DNA from: Eledone cirrhosa
Taxonomy: Eukaryota
Assembly: GCA_964016885.1 (NCBI GenBank)
Contig: OZ024740.1
Location: forward strand, 320,478,001 to 320,542,000
DNA length: 64,000 nucleotides
Reading direction: 5' to 3'
Made by a program: the position numbers and the translations under genes. Shown here in pieces: positions 40,101 to 55,600 of the stretch. Position 1 is the first letter of the stretch; every line of letters starts with the position of its first letter. The notes below the pieces were generated by a model. The model searched no databases. It worked only from the letters and a program-made list of their open reading frames with translations, and had not been told where the DNA came from.

Positions 40101-43100
40101 CTAGTGTTATCGAGAACAATGTGATGATTGCCACATGAACTACTGCCTTCTATAATAAACTAGTGTTATCGAGAACAATGTGATGATTGCCACATGAGCT
40201 ATTGCCTTCTATAATAAACTAGCGTTATCTAGAACAATGTGATGATTGCCACATGAACTACTGCCTTCTATAATAAACTAGTGTTATCGAGAACAATGTG
40301 ATGATTGCCACATGAACTACTCCCTTCTATAATAAACTAGTGTTATCTAGAACAATGTGATGATTGCCACATGAACTACTGCCTTCTATAATAAACTAGC
40401 GTTATCTAGAACAATGTGATGATTGCCACATGAACTACTGCCTTCTATAATAAACTAGTGTTATCGAGAACAATGTGATGATTGCCACATGAACTACTCC
40501 CTTCTATAATAAACTAGCATTATCTAGAACAATGTGATGATTGCCACATGAACTACTGCCTTCTATAATAAACTAGTGTTATCTAGAACAATGTGATGAT
40601 TGCCACATGAGCTACTGCTTACTAGTGTTATCTAGAACAATGTGATGATTGCCACATGAACTACTGCCTTCTATAATAAACTAGTGTTATCGAGAACAAT
40701 GTGATGATTGCCACATGAACTACTGCCTTCTATAATAAACTAGTGTTATCGAGAACAATGTGATGATTGCCACATGAGCTACTGCTTACTATAGAAAACT
40801 TGCCTAACAAAGGGTTGGGAGGACCCTCTAGTTGTGTCAAAGACGTGACAACTTCTCTAGTGTTGGTGCCCCAATAAAATGCACTTGGTATAACATAGAA
40901 CCATATGTAAACAAGAAACGAACATTCGGCCTGTCTAGGAGGTCAGCAGCCCCACTTCATTACTGAGTCTTGCTAGCAGAGAAAGTGGATGTTAAATGAT
41001 GATGATGATGATGATGATAAAAATATAAGAAATGCCAATTATGGATAACATACACTACAGGTTTGTGTTCTTCAACATTGCTTTTTACACCAGTATGGTT
41101 AACATGTTCATAGTCTGCAATGCACTGGCATATCTGTCGAATTACACGCACTGAAAAAATAAAACGAAGTGATCATCTAGAAACATTTCACACACACATA
41201 TACACACTATCTCTATATCCTTTGACACAGTTCATTAATTATAGTAAAGCAAATTCTCTGAACAGAGTTCTAATGTGAGTAGAGGCATCACAAGCTTTTC
41301 AATTTCAAATAGTAATAATCTGGCAGGGAGATACTTGTAGTTATTTCATCTATCTGCTCAGAAAGAGAAGAAACATTAAGTTTCAAGGTGAAATTATATC
41401 TACATGTATTCATATCTCTACATCAAATTCCTGTCCACAGATGTAGCTATAATTAGAAATATGTGCTGTTCATATTCCGATAAAGCTGGACACGCTCCAT
41501 ATTGGAGTGTTCCTTCATGATACTGCTGCCATGTATGGTGATTTGGTGCTACAACAACAAAAGCACCCAGTCCACCCTATAAAGTGGTCATGCTAGTGAA
41601 ACACGAGGCTCCCAGTCCACCGTGTATAATGGTTGTGTTGGTGACATGAGAAAAAAAAGCAGCCCCATCCACCCTGTAAGGTGATTATGTTGGTGACATA
41701 AAAAAAACGACCCAGTCCACCATGTAAAATAGTCATGCTGGTTAAACCACAAAACCAAAGCACCAAATCCACCCTGTAAGGTGGTCATGCTGATGACAAC
41801 AAAAAGTACCCATTCTACCCTGTAAGGTGGTCATTTTGGTCCAAAATAAAAAGTACCCAGTCCAACACTAACAGTGGTTGACATTAGGAAGTGCATCCAG
41901 CCATAGAAACCAAGCCAAAATAGAGCTGTATGAGCAAGACATGGTCACCTGACCTGACTTGTTTCATAACGTGACAACCCATCTAACCCATGTAAGAGTG
42001 TGTAAAAATGGATGTTAAACGATGATGATGGGAGTGGTAGTGGTGGTGGTGATGATGATGAAAAGTAATTTACTTACCCAGACATTCCATTTTCATTAAA
42101 GGTGTTGTCAACTCTTTCATTGACCTCAACTCTTCAACTGCAGATTGATAAGGAAACTGACTAAAAGTGGAAGACTGTTCAAGACAAAGATTTGATGCTA
42201 TATCAACATCTTGTGGCATTACATTCTGATATTCAGTCATAAACTGAGCAGCTTTATATTCTTCATCTCTGTGAACAATTCTGAAATACAGTCATTTTTG
42301 CTGGTCTTAATTTTCAAATTAAACCTAATGTTTAACTTTCTAGATAGAAAAATCAATTATTGGAAAAGTGAATAGTATTAACATGGTATTTTAAAAATTG
42401 AATTATTTTTCTTGTTATATAAAAGTTATATTCAGATGAGATAACACATTTTAGGTTTTCTTTTTTTTAGTTCAAATTTATTTTAAAATATTTTTTATTT
42501 TTGCTAACTAAATAAATATGAGAGTGGGTACAGCTTATATTAGCAGTGTGAACACCATGTAATTAACAGTTGCTTTGATCATTATGGACCTGAGGAAACC
42601 CTCTTTAGAATATCTTTCATTAGTCACCCAGATGTGCCATAAGTCCTGTCCAGGAAAACCAAGAGTTATCTATGACTCAATAGTGATCTTGTCATTTTTT
42701 AAATATTGACATGTATTGGTAGAGTTAACATGGTATAACACGTCAGTTGGACTTGTACATTATGATGTTTTGAAGGAAGAGATAACTGGATATTATTGTA
42801 GGTATGTATGTAATTTATTGAGAAAGTGGGTCAACAGATGTTTTGACTGTTGGTGAAATAAAAGGAGAGTTGGATTATATACAGAAGTATTGTGTGGTAG
42901 TCTTTTCATGTGCTCCAAAGTGGATGCCATAGACTTTATTTTAGCTGCATATGTGCAGTTTATAAAGGGAGTGGGTTACCAGATGTTTTGACTGTTAGTA
43001 ATATAAAAGGGGAGTTGGATTATACGCAGTGAAAGTATTGTGTCGTAATCTTTTCAGGTTGGTTCAGCAAATAAGATATTTTAAAGAAGTTTTGATGTAT

Positions 43101-46100
43101 GTGTTTTATGAGAGGTCTAGCTTGAATACTGAACTTTTCCATACACCACACTGCAATGCAGGTATCCGAGTAAGAATTTATGTCTACTTTCTCCTAGGTA
43201 ATACAAATGAAATACATATATATATTGTAAAAATCATCAACACAATGAAAATACTGGAAATATCTTACCTAAAGAGTAAAAGTAAATGTGGCCATATTGG
43301 TTTAAAAAACATCTCTTCAATACAAGCATAAATTTGGTCACGGCCTTCAGCAGAATCAAGTTCTTCATAACAGACAATAAACATTTTCATGATCTTTTCG
43401 TTGTGAAGTAAAATATCTTTAGAGATATTATGTAAATGCCTTTGATATGCTTCATCTGTTAGTTTTAAAATATAGACAGATTCATCTATAATCTCATTGC
43501 TTGAGTAACACTTCAATAAACTATTTTCATCAAATGAACTGGAATCCATATCATCAGATTCGTCATCATTTGATATTTCTGAAAGCTGCTTCAAACTCCC
43601 CAAATTTGCAACTTTTAGTTTGTTTTTTCTTAAAATTTTTTGTTCTTGTGTTAGTTCTTCGCAAGTTACATTAGATTCTTCAAGAGCAGTAAGAAGTTGG
43701 TCTTTAGTTGAACTGATAATATCTTCCAGTGTATTATTCTCCATGTCTTCTATTGAAGTTGACTCTGTTATCTTGTTTTCTAGATTCTCATCTTTTGAAA
43801 ATGATTCATCTCGTTGCTTTTCAGTTTCCTGTTTATTTCTATCACATATTATTCTATTTTCCTGAAATCCAGTGTTATCATCACTGGAAGTATTATCCAA
43901 TGATGGTGTTTGGTTTGTAAGGACAGATTCACTGGTAGATGTTGAACTATGAACTTCAAACTGAGAACTAGATCTGTTTTTATGTACACTCACTGGAACC
44001 TTAATTTGGCTCACCTCAAATGCTCGCGACTGTGTGAGTCGTAAAAGATTTCGACAAACCTTTTGTTGATACTTGTTTAATAATGCTGTCAGAGGGTGAT
44101 CCACACATCTGTAATGTATAGATATAGAGTTTATGGAAATCATTGTTTCATCATCATTTTTATGTCAACTTCTCCAAGCTGGCAGAAGATGGATTGGACA
44201 TTTTGAAGCAATGTTTTACAGCCAAATGCCCTTCCTGACATCAATCCCTTTAGTCACTTCTTACAATATGTAGGAACACAGGGTACCTATTCAAAACTGG
44301 ATACACACATTTAGATAATCGAGTAAAAGGGTTAATATCGTAATATCTTGTAACTAAAATTCATCATTATACAACAAAGTCAATCTATCAAGACAGATAA
44401 TCTAGCATTTGATCATTTTGTAGAGTCCTAAAAAAAATGAAGACAGCCACTCTGAAAGACTCCCAATATTTTATTCCAAGTAATTGTTCTTTCTGTGCTT
44501 GACTGTCTGAAAAACAAGAGAACTGAACCATTCACACATTCCAAACATTTTACTTACCCTTAAAACATCTACCAAAGAGCAAGGCTATTTCCTACTTCTT
44601 GTGATAGTAGAAGGTAGTGAGTGAATTATAAAAACAGCTCAATTTAGAAAACCATTCAACTGATGCAGACCATCACCACTTTCTCCAAATTCCAGAGTTT
44701 ACAATACTAAATGTTAGCATATTTCTAACAGATGACATATTACACTATTTCACTGCAGTACACTCATTTATTGTGGTTCATGTATGAATATAAGCTGACC
44801 TCACTATTTTATGTCTGAGAAATAGACAAAAATCCAAACCTTATTTACGTAGAATTTTAAGTTGGTGAAAATCATCAAAATACTGACCCCAATTATAAAC
44901 CGACCCTCCACCTTCTACCATCAATTTTTTGGTCACATATTCCTCAGTTTATATTCAAGTATTTACAGTAATTCAGAAAATATATGAAAAAAAAACTATT
45001 TAGTGAGGACTCACCGAAATATACTCTGGACTGAATATTTGATAACTTCGGGATTTTTCGGATCATGTGATAATTTCTGTCTTATATTTTGAAGCCATTT
45101 CTTAAATTAAAACAAAAAGAAAACAATTACAGCCATTTGTTTTTAGATGAGATGCTTATATATTTTCATGTCTTAGTGTAGAGATTCTAAGACAAAAGAA
45201 TGCTGACAACCAGCCAAAAGTTCAGTGGTCTGTATTCTGCTGCTAGCATTGTATCTATGCAAGTAGGTACCACAGAATAGGGAGAACTTCCTGCTATGAG
45301 CAGCAGCATTGTAAATCTAATAAGTGATTTATTAGCTTCATCATCATCGTTTAACGTCCATCTTTCATGCTAGAATGAGCAGGACAGGCTGTCCCTTTGT
45401 GAGAGATCAGGTCGGGAGACTGAGATTCGCTCACACAGAACTGATTTTGGCTTGGTTTCCATGGCTGGATGCCCTTCCTAACACCAACCACATTTACAGT
45501 GTGTGCTGGGTGCTTTTTGTCGTGACACCTGCACAACCACTTTACGGTCTGGACTAATGCTGAATTCAACTTCTGTGGGTGCAGCAAAATGAGGAGTTGG
45601 GCGAGACAAGTTTCACATGGAATTAGATAAGGACAATCATTGAAAGTCCAATAACTAACCCCAATGCCTGTGAACAGATAGACTAAGGAAGGGATTATAT
45701 CTTCTCAGTATTGTAAAGCACAAAATGATGTATCAAGCTTTCATTTATTTGACAATCCACCAAAATCATTTATTCTTTTTTTTTTTCTTATATAGTGGAA
45801 GAAATTTAAAGTTTTACCCAAAGTTGTGAGTGATAGACCAGAGGCTGATAATGACACCTTGTCTGCCTTGCCGAAGCAACAAAGAGCAGTCAAATTGACA
45901 GGGTGTTACACCTTATTATATAATAAGGCGATGGATTGGCAGTATCGGTAGAGCATCGGACACGATGCTTCATATCATAGAGTTACAGCCCTTTGCGTTC
46001 TGAGTTCAAATCCCGTCGAGGTTAGCTTTGCTTTTCATCCTTACAGGGTCAATGAAATAAAGTATCAGTAATGCACTGGGGTTGATTTAATTGATTTTTC

Positions 46101-49100
46101 CTTCCCCAAAAATTGCTGGCCTTGTGCCTAAAGTAGAAACAATTATATAATAGTTAAGTAGCCGTCCTTTGCCAAATCCTTCTTCTTTGGAACTGTCCCT
46201 TTATGTGTGCCTTCTTACCACTAATCTGCAACAATTCAACATAAACCATACAAAATTAAACCAATTAAGGTGCTATTTATTAAAAAAAACAGCTATATCT
46301 GTGCTATCTTGAACAAAAGAAAACCCTAAGTCCCTTAGAAATACACAATTTTAATAATTCAACATATTGATAAGAATACCTTAAGATATATAAGGTTATT
46401 GGTATTATGGATGTTAAAGTGCTAAATTAAGATGATATATAAGGTATGAAAAAGAAAAAAAAAAGAATTTTTTAATGAAATTTAGAGATATTCTTACCAC
46501 ATCCATTTCATAGTCTAATGTCTTCTTAAAAATTTGTTTGCGATTCTCTTGTTCTTTAGAGAGTTTTGTGGGTACCGAGAAACGACTGCAAAAATAGAGA
46601 AACATTTTGTTAAAAATCAGCACCTAACCTTTTGAACGAAATTTATAAATATTTATAATATTTATATGAGAAAATTTACAGATTTACAAAATTACAGAGT
46701 AACATCTTCCTAGATAAAGCTACAGAAGACAAAAAGTAAGTTAAAGCTACAGGCAAATCTTAAAATCTAATATATAAAACATTTAATCCAGTGTTAAAAA
46801 TCTTGTTACCAGGAATGGACTTTACATCCTTTAAAGTTATAATTTCTTTCTAATCAGGAAGGTTTCTATCCTTAGGGGCTAAAGTACATACAACATTCCC
46901 AACAGATACGCTGTACAGCATATATAACAAATCACATAACAGAAAATGCACCTCAAAATTAAATTTGATATGAATTTATATCGTTAATACAATTAGAGAA
47001 TGTATGAACAAAGCATTGTGTCTCTTCTTACTAACTGATTTCAGGTTTAGGATTAAGAAACTATTATCTTATTGTTTTAAGGGTCTTAAGAAGTGTTATA
47101 TTCTTAATAAACAAACACTGGAATTCAACTTCCATTCTTAGTTAGAACTACTTAACGTTTAGGGAAAAGTATGAATGTGAAAACCTTTCATTTCCCAACA
47201 AATCTAGAGCTACAAACATGAAAATAAAGTAAATCCTCATTAATTATTATAATCAAGAAAATATCTTACCGTGTAGCTTCTTTCTCCAAACGTTTCTGTC
47301 TTTCATTCATTTTCTTCGCAAGCTAATCAAAGTTAAGACCAATAGCAATATTTCACAAGGAAATGGTTTCATTCCAAAACTACATAATCCCAGAGTAGCC
47401 TCACAATAATTACATTTTTTTGCATATGGCTTTGTGGTTAGGGTATTTGGCTCAAGATTGTAAGATCATGAGTTCAATTCCCAGACGCGCACTGTGTCCT
47501 TGAGCAAGACACTTTATTTCATGTTGCTCCAGTCCACTCAGCTGGCAAAAATGAGTTGTACCTGTAATTCGAAGGGCCAACCTTGTCACATTATGTGTCA
47601 TACTGAATCTCCCTGAGAACTACGTTATGGGTACGTGTGTTTGTGGAATGCTCGGCCACTTCACGTTAATTTCACAAGCAGGCTGTTCCATTTATCGTAT
47701 CAATTGGAATACTCATTGTCATAACCGACAGAGTGCCACTATTTAGTTACAACAAATACTCCAAACCTATTCTCATTAACTTTTATCCCGTTTTTTCACA
47801 TTAATAACAAGATTGTAAATGAGACCTACAGTTCTAGATTTACAGCTAAAATTATTCTATGTCTGTTGTCGGTATCTGAGGATTGTCAAATATTGAATTC
47901 ATTGGTAACAACATATATAGTTATGATATAGTAGCTGTAATGTCTGAAACTAGAATTTGTAGACTCACTTATTAACAACATAATTTACAATTAAAATATG
48001 TTTTGAATCTGTAGCCATCACAATCCAGATGAATGAAAACATTAACAAAATGATATAACAAGATATTATAAATAGAAAATATATAATTGCTAACATGGAT
48101 TAGACCAGCATGTATGTACTTGTTGCAGTTAACCCGTTGCCTAAAAGAGATATACAGTTAAAATATTTGTATATAGTTGCTACAACAATTGAAACCAGTA
48201 GTATCAGTGTTGGAAAGGTTAACTTATATAGAAAAGGATTTACTATTAGAATAGTAAATATTATGATTAATAATGATTACTCATTTAGGCACAGGTCCAG
48301 CAATTTTTTAAGGGAGGGGAGAGTCGTTTAAATTGCCCCCAGTGCATTACTGGTGCCTTATTTTATCAACCCCACAGGCAAAATTGAAAGGCAAAATTAA
48401 CCTCGGTGGGATTTGAACTCAGAACGTAAAGGGCTGTAACTCTATGCTGCAATATTATGATTAATAATGCTGGATGACATGTTTTAAAATTTGAAGCAAA
48501 GATCAAGCAAAATACTTTGAAAAATGAACAAATCCATCTAAATCATTCACAATGTACACTGAACAAAATTTAAAGTAATAATACTAATGTCTTGATAATT
48601 TCACACATAAAATTCAATCTTATAACTTGTCATTATAATGTTACAGAAGGGCGGTGAATTGGCAATATCCGTAGGGGGTTGGACGCCATGCTTTCTAGCA
48701 TAGTTATGTCCTGAGTTCAAATCCCGTCGAGGTTAACTTTGCCTTTCATCCTTAAGGGATCGATAAAATAAAGTACCAGTAATGTACGGGTAATTGCTGA
48801 CCTTGTGCCAAAAGTAGAAACAATTATAATGTTACAGAAGAAAATAATGATGATGATGATAATGGTGAAGATGATTCATCATTATCATTGTTTTAACATC
48901 TTTCTCAGCTAACAAAGTTGGACAGGTCTACATAGACCAAGTCAGTACTGAAGTGGTTGCAACTGATCTCCCAGACAAGCCAGGGATCTGTCGTATTGCT
49001 TACGTACGGTTTCACGTTGCAGATGAAATATTGAAGCCTTAAGAAATCCTAGCATTTAAAAAGAAATAATATATAGTGAGATTTACTGTAGTACTGCAGT

Positions 49101-52100
49101 ATAATATAGTGATATAATTATAACCACAAGCGAGTGATGCACTGTGTCCTTGAGCAAGGTACTTTATTTCACATTTCTCCAGTTTACTCAACTGTAGAAA
49201 TGTGTTGTGATGTTACTGGTGCCAAGCTGAAATAAGCCATTGCCTTTCCCTTGGACAATATTAGTGGTGTAGAGAAGGCAGACTGGTATGCATGGGCAAC
49301 TGCTGGTCTTCCACAAACAACCTTGCTCAGACTTGTGCCTTGGAGGGAAACTTTCTAGGTGCAAATCCCATGATCATTTGTGACCGAAGGGGGTCTTTAC
49401 CCTTTTACACTTCTCTATCAGTGGATTTTAAAATTTGCTTCTCAATATTTATGTCAATGTCATCATCATTTAATGTCCATTTTCCCTGCTACCAATGGAA
49501 TATATGTGAATTACCCGCAAGACTTTTTTTTTTAACAGTATATAGATAACATTGAACCACAAAAAGCAACATTGTAAAATTTAAGTGAAGTGAGTGCTGT
49601 GTTATGTTGTCCGTGGAGTGGTTTCAATGCCTTCATATATTTCAAACAGATTAGTTTTTCTTTTGTTTTGTTTATCCAAGGCCCAAATCCCTGCAATATT
49701 TGATTATCAAATGTTTGTACTGTTACTTTTATAAGAATGTAGTCTTTCTGTTAAATGCTGCATGAAGGTAAGAACTTAAGATTGCTGTTGTTGTTGTTGT
49801 TGTTGATTAACCCTTTGACAAACTGAGTTCTAAACTACAGTACAGCATGCTTGGAAAAATAAACATTAAACGATGATGATTATGATGATCATTTTAGAGT
49901 GGCAGGTCAGAGTAAAGACAGCAGCTGCCTAACAGCAATATCATTATAATAAGATACAGTTTCTAATAAAATATCGTTACTCAGTATACACTTTTTAAAG
50001 GATACAGAAATTTCACGAGCTTTAGCTATTGCAATATTTTCAGCCATTTTCCTTTGCAGTGAAAGAGCCTGAGGAGAAAAAAGAAAAAAGAAAAATAACT
50101 ACATTGTTTCTTTCCAGGGAGTATGTCAAAAAATAAACTTCATTTGGTCATTCCATGAGAGTATCTTGGTCAGCCTATGGACTGTTCAGTCGACCCTCAT
50201 ATCTACAAACTATTGTTGGTTTTCTGGTAACATAGTAAGCAGTTAGTATACCAAGCTGAAGTGTAGTTTTTTAGACTATTGGAAGGTTATTTCAATCTTC
50301 TAAAATGTTTTCCATAGTACAATTTCTTAAATATATCAAACAGTGATGATGATGTAGATGATGATGATGATGAAAGCAACTCGGTATTTATTTGTTGTTG
50401 ACAATATTACTGTGTTTAGTTAATTAGCGTTTTGTAGCGTCTTTTTCAAAATCCACCGAATGCTTGCAGTTTAGTATCCCAAATAAAGCAACTGCGTGTA
50501 TTTAATCAAAAATGAGTTTATTTCTAACTAGTTGGCTTTTTGTGAAGTTTTTCTCTCAAAACACCATCATGGTGTTTTTACTATAGCTTACTAATTAGAA
50601 AATTAGAAAACAAGACAATAAGAAACAAAGAATATAATTATATTTTAATTTCCTTATTGTTTTCTGTGACAATTCCTGATTTGCAAGAACAATATACTAA
50701 TACTAGGTTCTTACCCATCATATGATGGGGAATTTTGGGGGTATACTTTTGCCATTATGGGTAACAATGGATAAATAAATTAAAATGCATAAATATATGA
50801 AAAATATATAAAAATAAATAAATTCACTACGGCTGCATTTGGCTAAATTGATTCATAACAGTGCACCCAATCAAACACTAGTTAGTGAGGTATAAACGTT
50901 TGGAGTTAGAAGGCCAGAACAATGCAGGTATGGATATAGAATATAAATACAAATGCAAAAGATAATGCTGACAATTAGTCTTTTACCTAAAATTTATTTG
51001 AATATCCTCAATTTTCGAGATAATATCTCTTCTTCGGAGGGAAGTAAAGGGGTTAATCCAGTGTTCTAATTAGCTTGCCAAGTCAATATATTTTTATATT
51101 TGTATATTCCATTTGTCAAAAGACTGAAGAAAGGCAGAAACTAATTTCACACAAACTCTAGAAGTTCCTATATATATGTATGTGGAAATTATATATATAA
51201 ATTCACAGACAGGAGTGGTAGGATTCCCCTTGTTGTGGTAACAAGGCCTCCTATTAATATTTTTTTTGCCTCAAGGGATTATATCTCCAATTTTATAGCT
51301 TATATGAATTGTAGCCTTTGTATCAAGCAAAATATACTTCCATCATCATCATCGTTTAACATCTATCTTCCACGCTAGCATGGGTTTAGACGGGAATTGT
51401 CCCACGTGAGGCAAGATTGGTTGTCTTGCTCGTATAAGACTGTCTGGCGTGTTTTCTACGGCTGGATGCCCTTCCTAACACCAACCACGTTTACAGTGTG
51501 GACTGAGAGGTTTTTACCATGTTAGCTACATGGCCACATTACAGCGTGGACTGTGTGTTTTTTTGTCGTGACACCTACACGACCTCATTTATTTAGGACT
51601 GGATGTTGTGATACCAACATAACTTTACAGAGAAAGGGGTGGTGTAGATGGGGTGGGGGTAGGGGTAGTGGGATAGGGGTGTATTTTTGGTTAGGAGGTG
51701 CCTACTGACTGTAGGTTTCGCTTTGTACTTAGGTAAGGGGGGGGGGGGTCTTCTGTATTACTGCGTAGCGCCAAAGATCTCGGTCCAGTGACATTACATT
51801 GTCTTGGAGAGGTATAAGTGTGTAAGGTCGGAATTTATCAGATCGTCCCAGGTTTTTTGGGGTCTGCCTACTCCGTAGCTTCCATCTATTTTGATCACCC
51901 TGCACTTTTTTATACAGCCGTCGTCTTTCATGCGCATCACGTGACCATACCAACGTAGTCTTCTCTCAAGTAAACAGCATCTGATCCCTCTTATTCCTAA
52001 TTTCTCACTTAGTTCATTTATGCTTTGCCGTTCATGCATATTACTATTACACATCCAACGGAGCATGCAAGTTCCGTTCCTCTCCAGTCTGCACAGATCC

Positions 52101-52380
52101 TCTGCATACAATGTAACATTGCTGTTCGTATGCAGCATTTTAAGGAGAATCCTTTAGCAGCCAATAGTGGTATAAGCTCTCTGAACTTTTTCCATCCCGT
52201 TCTGACTCTAGCTACTGTACTTTCAGAGCACCCTCCCCCACTGCTGATTTTGTCACCCAGGTAACGGAAGGTGTCCACTATTTCTATAGAACCATCTGGG
52301 CAATGGAAGGAGCTAGTATCCTGTGGGCACTTGCTACTACTTATTGCACCTGAGCACCACCCACATATAAAATCTATGTT

Positions 52381-52427
<47 letters not shown>

Positions 52428-52627
52428 TGTAATGAGTTAGAGCCTGACAGCTGAACTTGTACTGTTTCAACATTGAGCTAAACCGTCACTATAATACCTA
52501 CACTCTACTTTCTTAAGACTTGTATTAAGTATAAAGTACTAAACTGAACAATGGTTTTACTAATCTAAACTGGTACCTCCCAATCTCTCTCTCTCTTTCT
52601 CACTGTCTCTCTCTCCCTCTCTCTGTG

Positions 52628-52660
<33 letters not shown>

Positions 52661-55600
52661 TTCCTTTGACTTTTCTTATGGTAGCCACAACTTGACAGAA
52701 ATCAGATACTGTGATTTGATGAAATTCATAGCACCTGTATAATGGGTTGGTTTTAATTTCATTTTATTTTTATATAACTGAGAAATTGTGTTGTTTGTTG
52801 TATTTAGTTGTTGGGTGGGATTGGATAAGGATAAATTAGATACAGTATCATGCCTTTCATGCTGTGTAGACTAAGGTATCCTTTGAAAAGTCTGTGATAT
52901 GAATGGCTTTTTATCTATTGTGGTTTTAATCTTAATTTTACTTTTATTTAGCATGATAATTGTATTTTATGTGGTGAGTTTTGGGCTAGTTTGCATTTCT
53001 TAGGGCACTTTTAAACCTGGCAAAGTCCATCCTCTCTCCAGGCCTGAGTATAGCAAACTTCTACCAGAGAAGGATAGAATGAGAGAAAGAAAGGAAAAAA
53101 GAGACACAGAGGACGAATCGTCCCCCACCCCTTCCAGTACTTGACAGGTACTTTTTTTATAGACCTCGAATAGATGAAAAGCAAAGTTGACTTTGGTGGG
53201 ATTTGTACTGAGAGAGCAGAGAGCCAGAATGAATGCCAAAGAGCTCTCTATTCGATGCTTCACAACTCTACCAATTTGCCGCCATACACTGACGATAGCA
53301 GAATAATATTACAAATAACAATATTGTAACAGTTATGTTTTATATGCTAAAATTTAAAGATGTCCATTTACTTTGTTGTTGTTTTAGCCAACAGCAACTA
53401 TTTGAGAGAGAGAGAGTGTGTAGTGCATGTATGTATAGTTTTCCTTTGTCTCTCTCTTCCTTTGCCTGCCATTTCACTCAGTATGTATACCCCTTCTTCA
53501 ACCCATGTTAATTCTCTCCTACTACCTAAATCCCCTTTCTCTCCTCTAAGTTGTCAAACATGACAAACAAAACCAATAGAGATATCATAAATTAGATATA
53601 ATTAAGATTTTCTAAATTTAAGAGTTCATACAAATAAATACAATATTACTGATAATGCAATGTTATACCTTGAGTTAAACTGTTGAAGTCAGTGACTGGA
53701 TTGGGTGGACAGCAGTATCACATTTATGTGTTATGAATGACTATAGTAGTTGGTGTCTAGCTGTTATTGCTGTGGTGGTTGTTTTATGAAGCAGCTCTGT
53801 AGGATCTTGCAGTTAATTAAATATTGAAATGTAAAAAGCTTAAGATACATTGAAGTTCCATATGTTGCTCAAATACAGCAATTCTAACAGAACAGTCCTA
53901 TTTGAAAATATATTATCTGCTGCTGTTGTTGTTGTTATGGCTGTTGTTTTTTTTTTTTGTTTTTTTTTAAATTTATCTTTTATGTTTTTGGTTTTGTTAA
54001 TTGTTTAAGTTTGGCAATCCTATATTCTGTTTATAACTAAAATAACATCAAATATTCCCCTGGAAGCCTGTAGAAAACTTTGATCTTAAGATAGAAATAC
54101 TATTGTTTTAGCACATCAAAGATTTCTTTTTTTTTTTTAATGTACAGACCAATAATAAAAACCTACTATCAAGTTACTGGGAAAAACTGCTCAAATTAAA
54201 ACTCATTGTTTTAGATCTACATCATTATCTTCATCATCATCATTGTTGTTGTTTAATGCCCCGCTAGCAAAAGTTGAACATGTTGTCACAGACTGGTCAG
54301 GCTTCAAGCAGAGCCTCTGACCTCCTGATGGGCCAGAGGCCTGACCTATGATCCCACACTCTATTGACTGCATTTTATCATGGCACCAACACTAGGGAAG
54401 CTGTCATGTCTTTGACACAGCTGAAGAGTCTTTAAGAGTCTTTGTTTGGCAAGTTCTCTATAGCTGTGTACCCTTCCTATCACCAACCATATAATAGAGT
54501 GTACTGGGTGTGTTTATCATGTAGATCACCAACACTAACGAAGTTGTCATGTTCCTGACAGAACTATATTTTTTAGGTATTGAGTGTTGTATATCTAACC
54601 AAAATATGGCAGATACTCAAATATAATAAGTGGACACTGAAGTGTGTTATACCTAACAGAGTTATAAACTATTGTAGGGAAAGCAAAGGTAGTGCAGTAT
54701 GCATCCATGGTCCTGTAACTCCTGAGGGAGTTGTAGGGGTACTGTATTCACATACAGCATTTCTAGGGGATTTTAAAACCTGGTAGAGTCCATTTCCTCT
54801 CCAGGCCTGAATACAGCAGATTTCTTTCAGAGAATGATAGAAAGAGTGAGAGAATGGGAATGAGGAAGAGATATAGAGGAAGAACCGATCCCAGTACTAG
54901 ACTTACTTTTTTTTTACCTCGAATGGATGAAAAGCTAAGTTAACCTTGGAGTGCAATATAGAAATAGTTAAAACAGCGAAGATACAGTTATAAAGAGCTA
55001 CTTTTCTTTCTTAAACAGATATTTCATGTGAGTTGGAAAAGTATACAATTCAGAAATCTATTGAAATAATAAACTTTACTAGCAAATAACAATTCCTTCC
55101 TCTAGGGAATGGTCTGAAATTCAATGTTCTCATGAGCACTTAGAAAGCTATGGAGAACAGCTAATGAGTGAGCAAGAGATTTGGGCAGGATTAGTAGTAA
55201 TGACACAGCACTGCTACTATTACAGATAGACATCCTTGAACACACCCAAGAAATGCCATCCAAATGATTGGTATGATGTTGTATACCAACAGTTTGTGTG
55301 TTGACAGCTATCCCACAGTTATGTGGATAGTGAGTATAAGAGGAGGTAGGTAGGGGTGATTTAGATAGGATTTAGATAGTAGGGAAAGAGAGGAGTCAAT
55401 AATGTGAGGAGATACTTACTAGGGTACAGGAAGACAGATATTTAAATTTTTTTTTCCTGTTCTATGGTGTAAACCTCTCATCTTGGATGTGACATGCAAC
55501 AACACTTTCCCCAGTGTCAACCTGTTGTATTCAGTGATAGACCCTAATTTTGTTGTCCAACAAACTGAAGACCACAAGCTGTTGAAGAATCAGCTGCTTT

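Noticed and set aside
37939-40792. CRISPR array or hammerhead array
   Set aside because: No unique spacers and a eukaryotic intronic context; GTGATGA...GAAC lacks the CUGANGA/GAAA core and stems.
36340-43560. Other CTGATGA/TCATCAG hits (36346, 37570, 37938, 41790, 43551)
   Set aside because: No correctly placed GAAA, NUH or stem I; two lie in coding exons.
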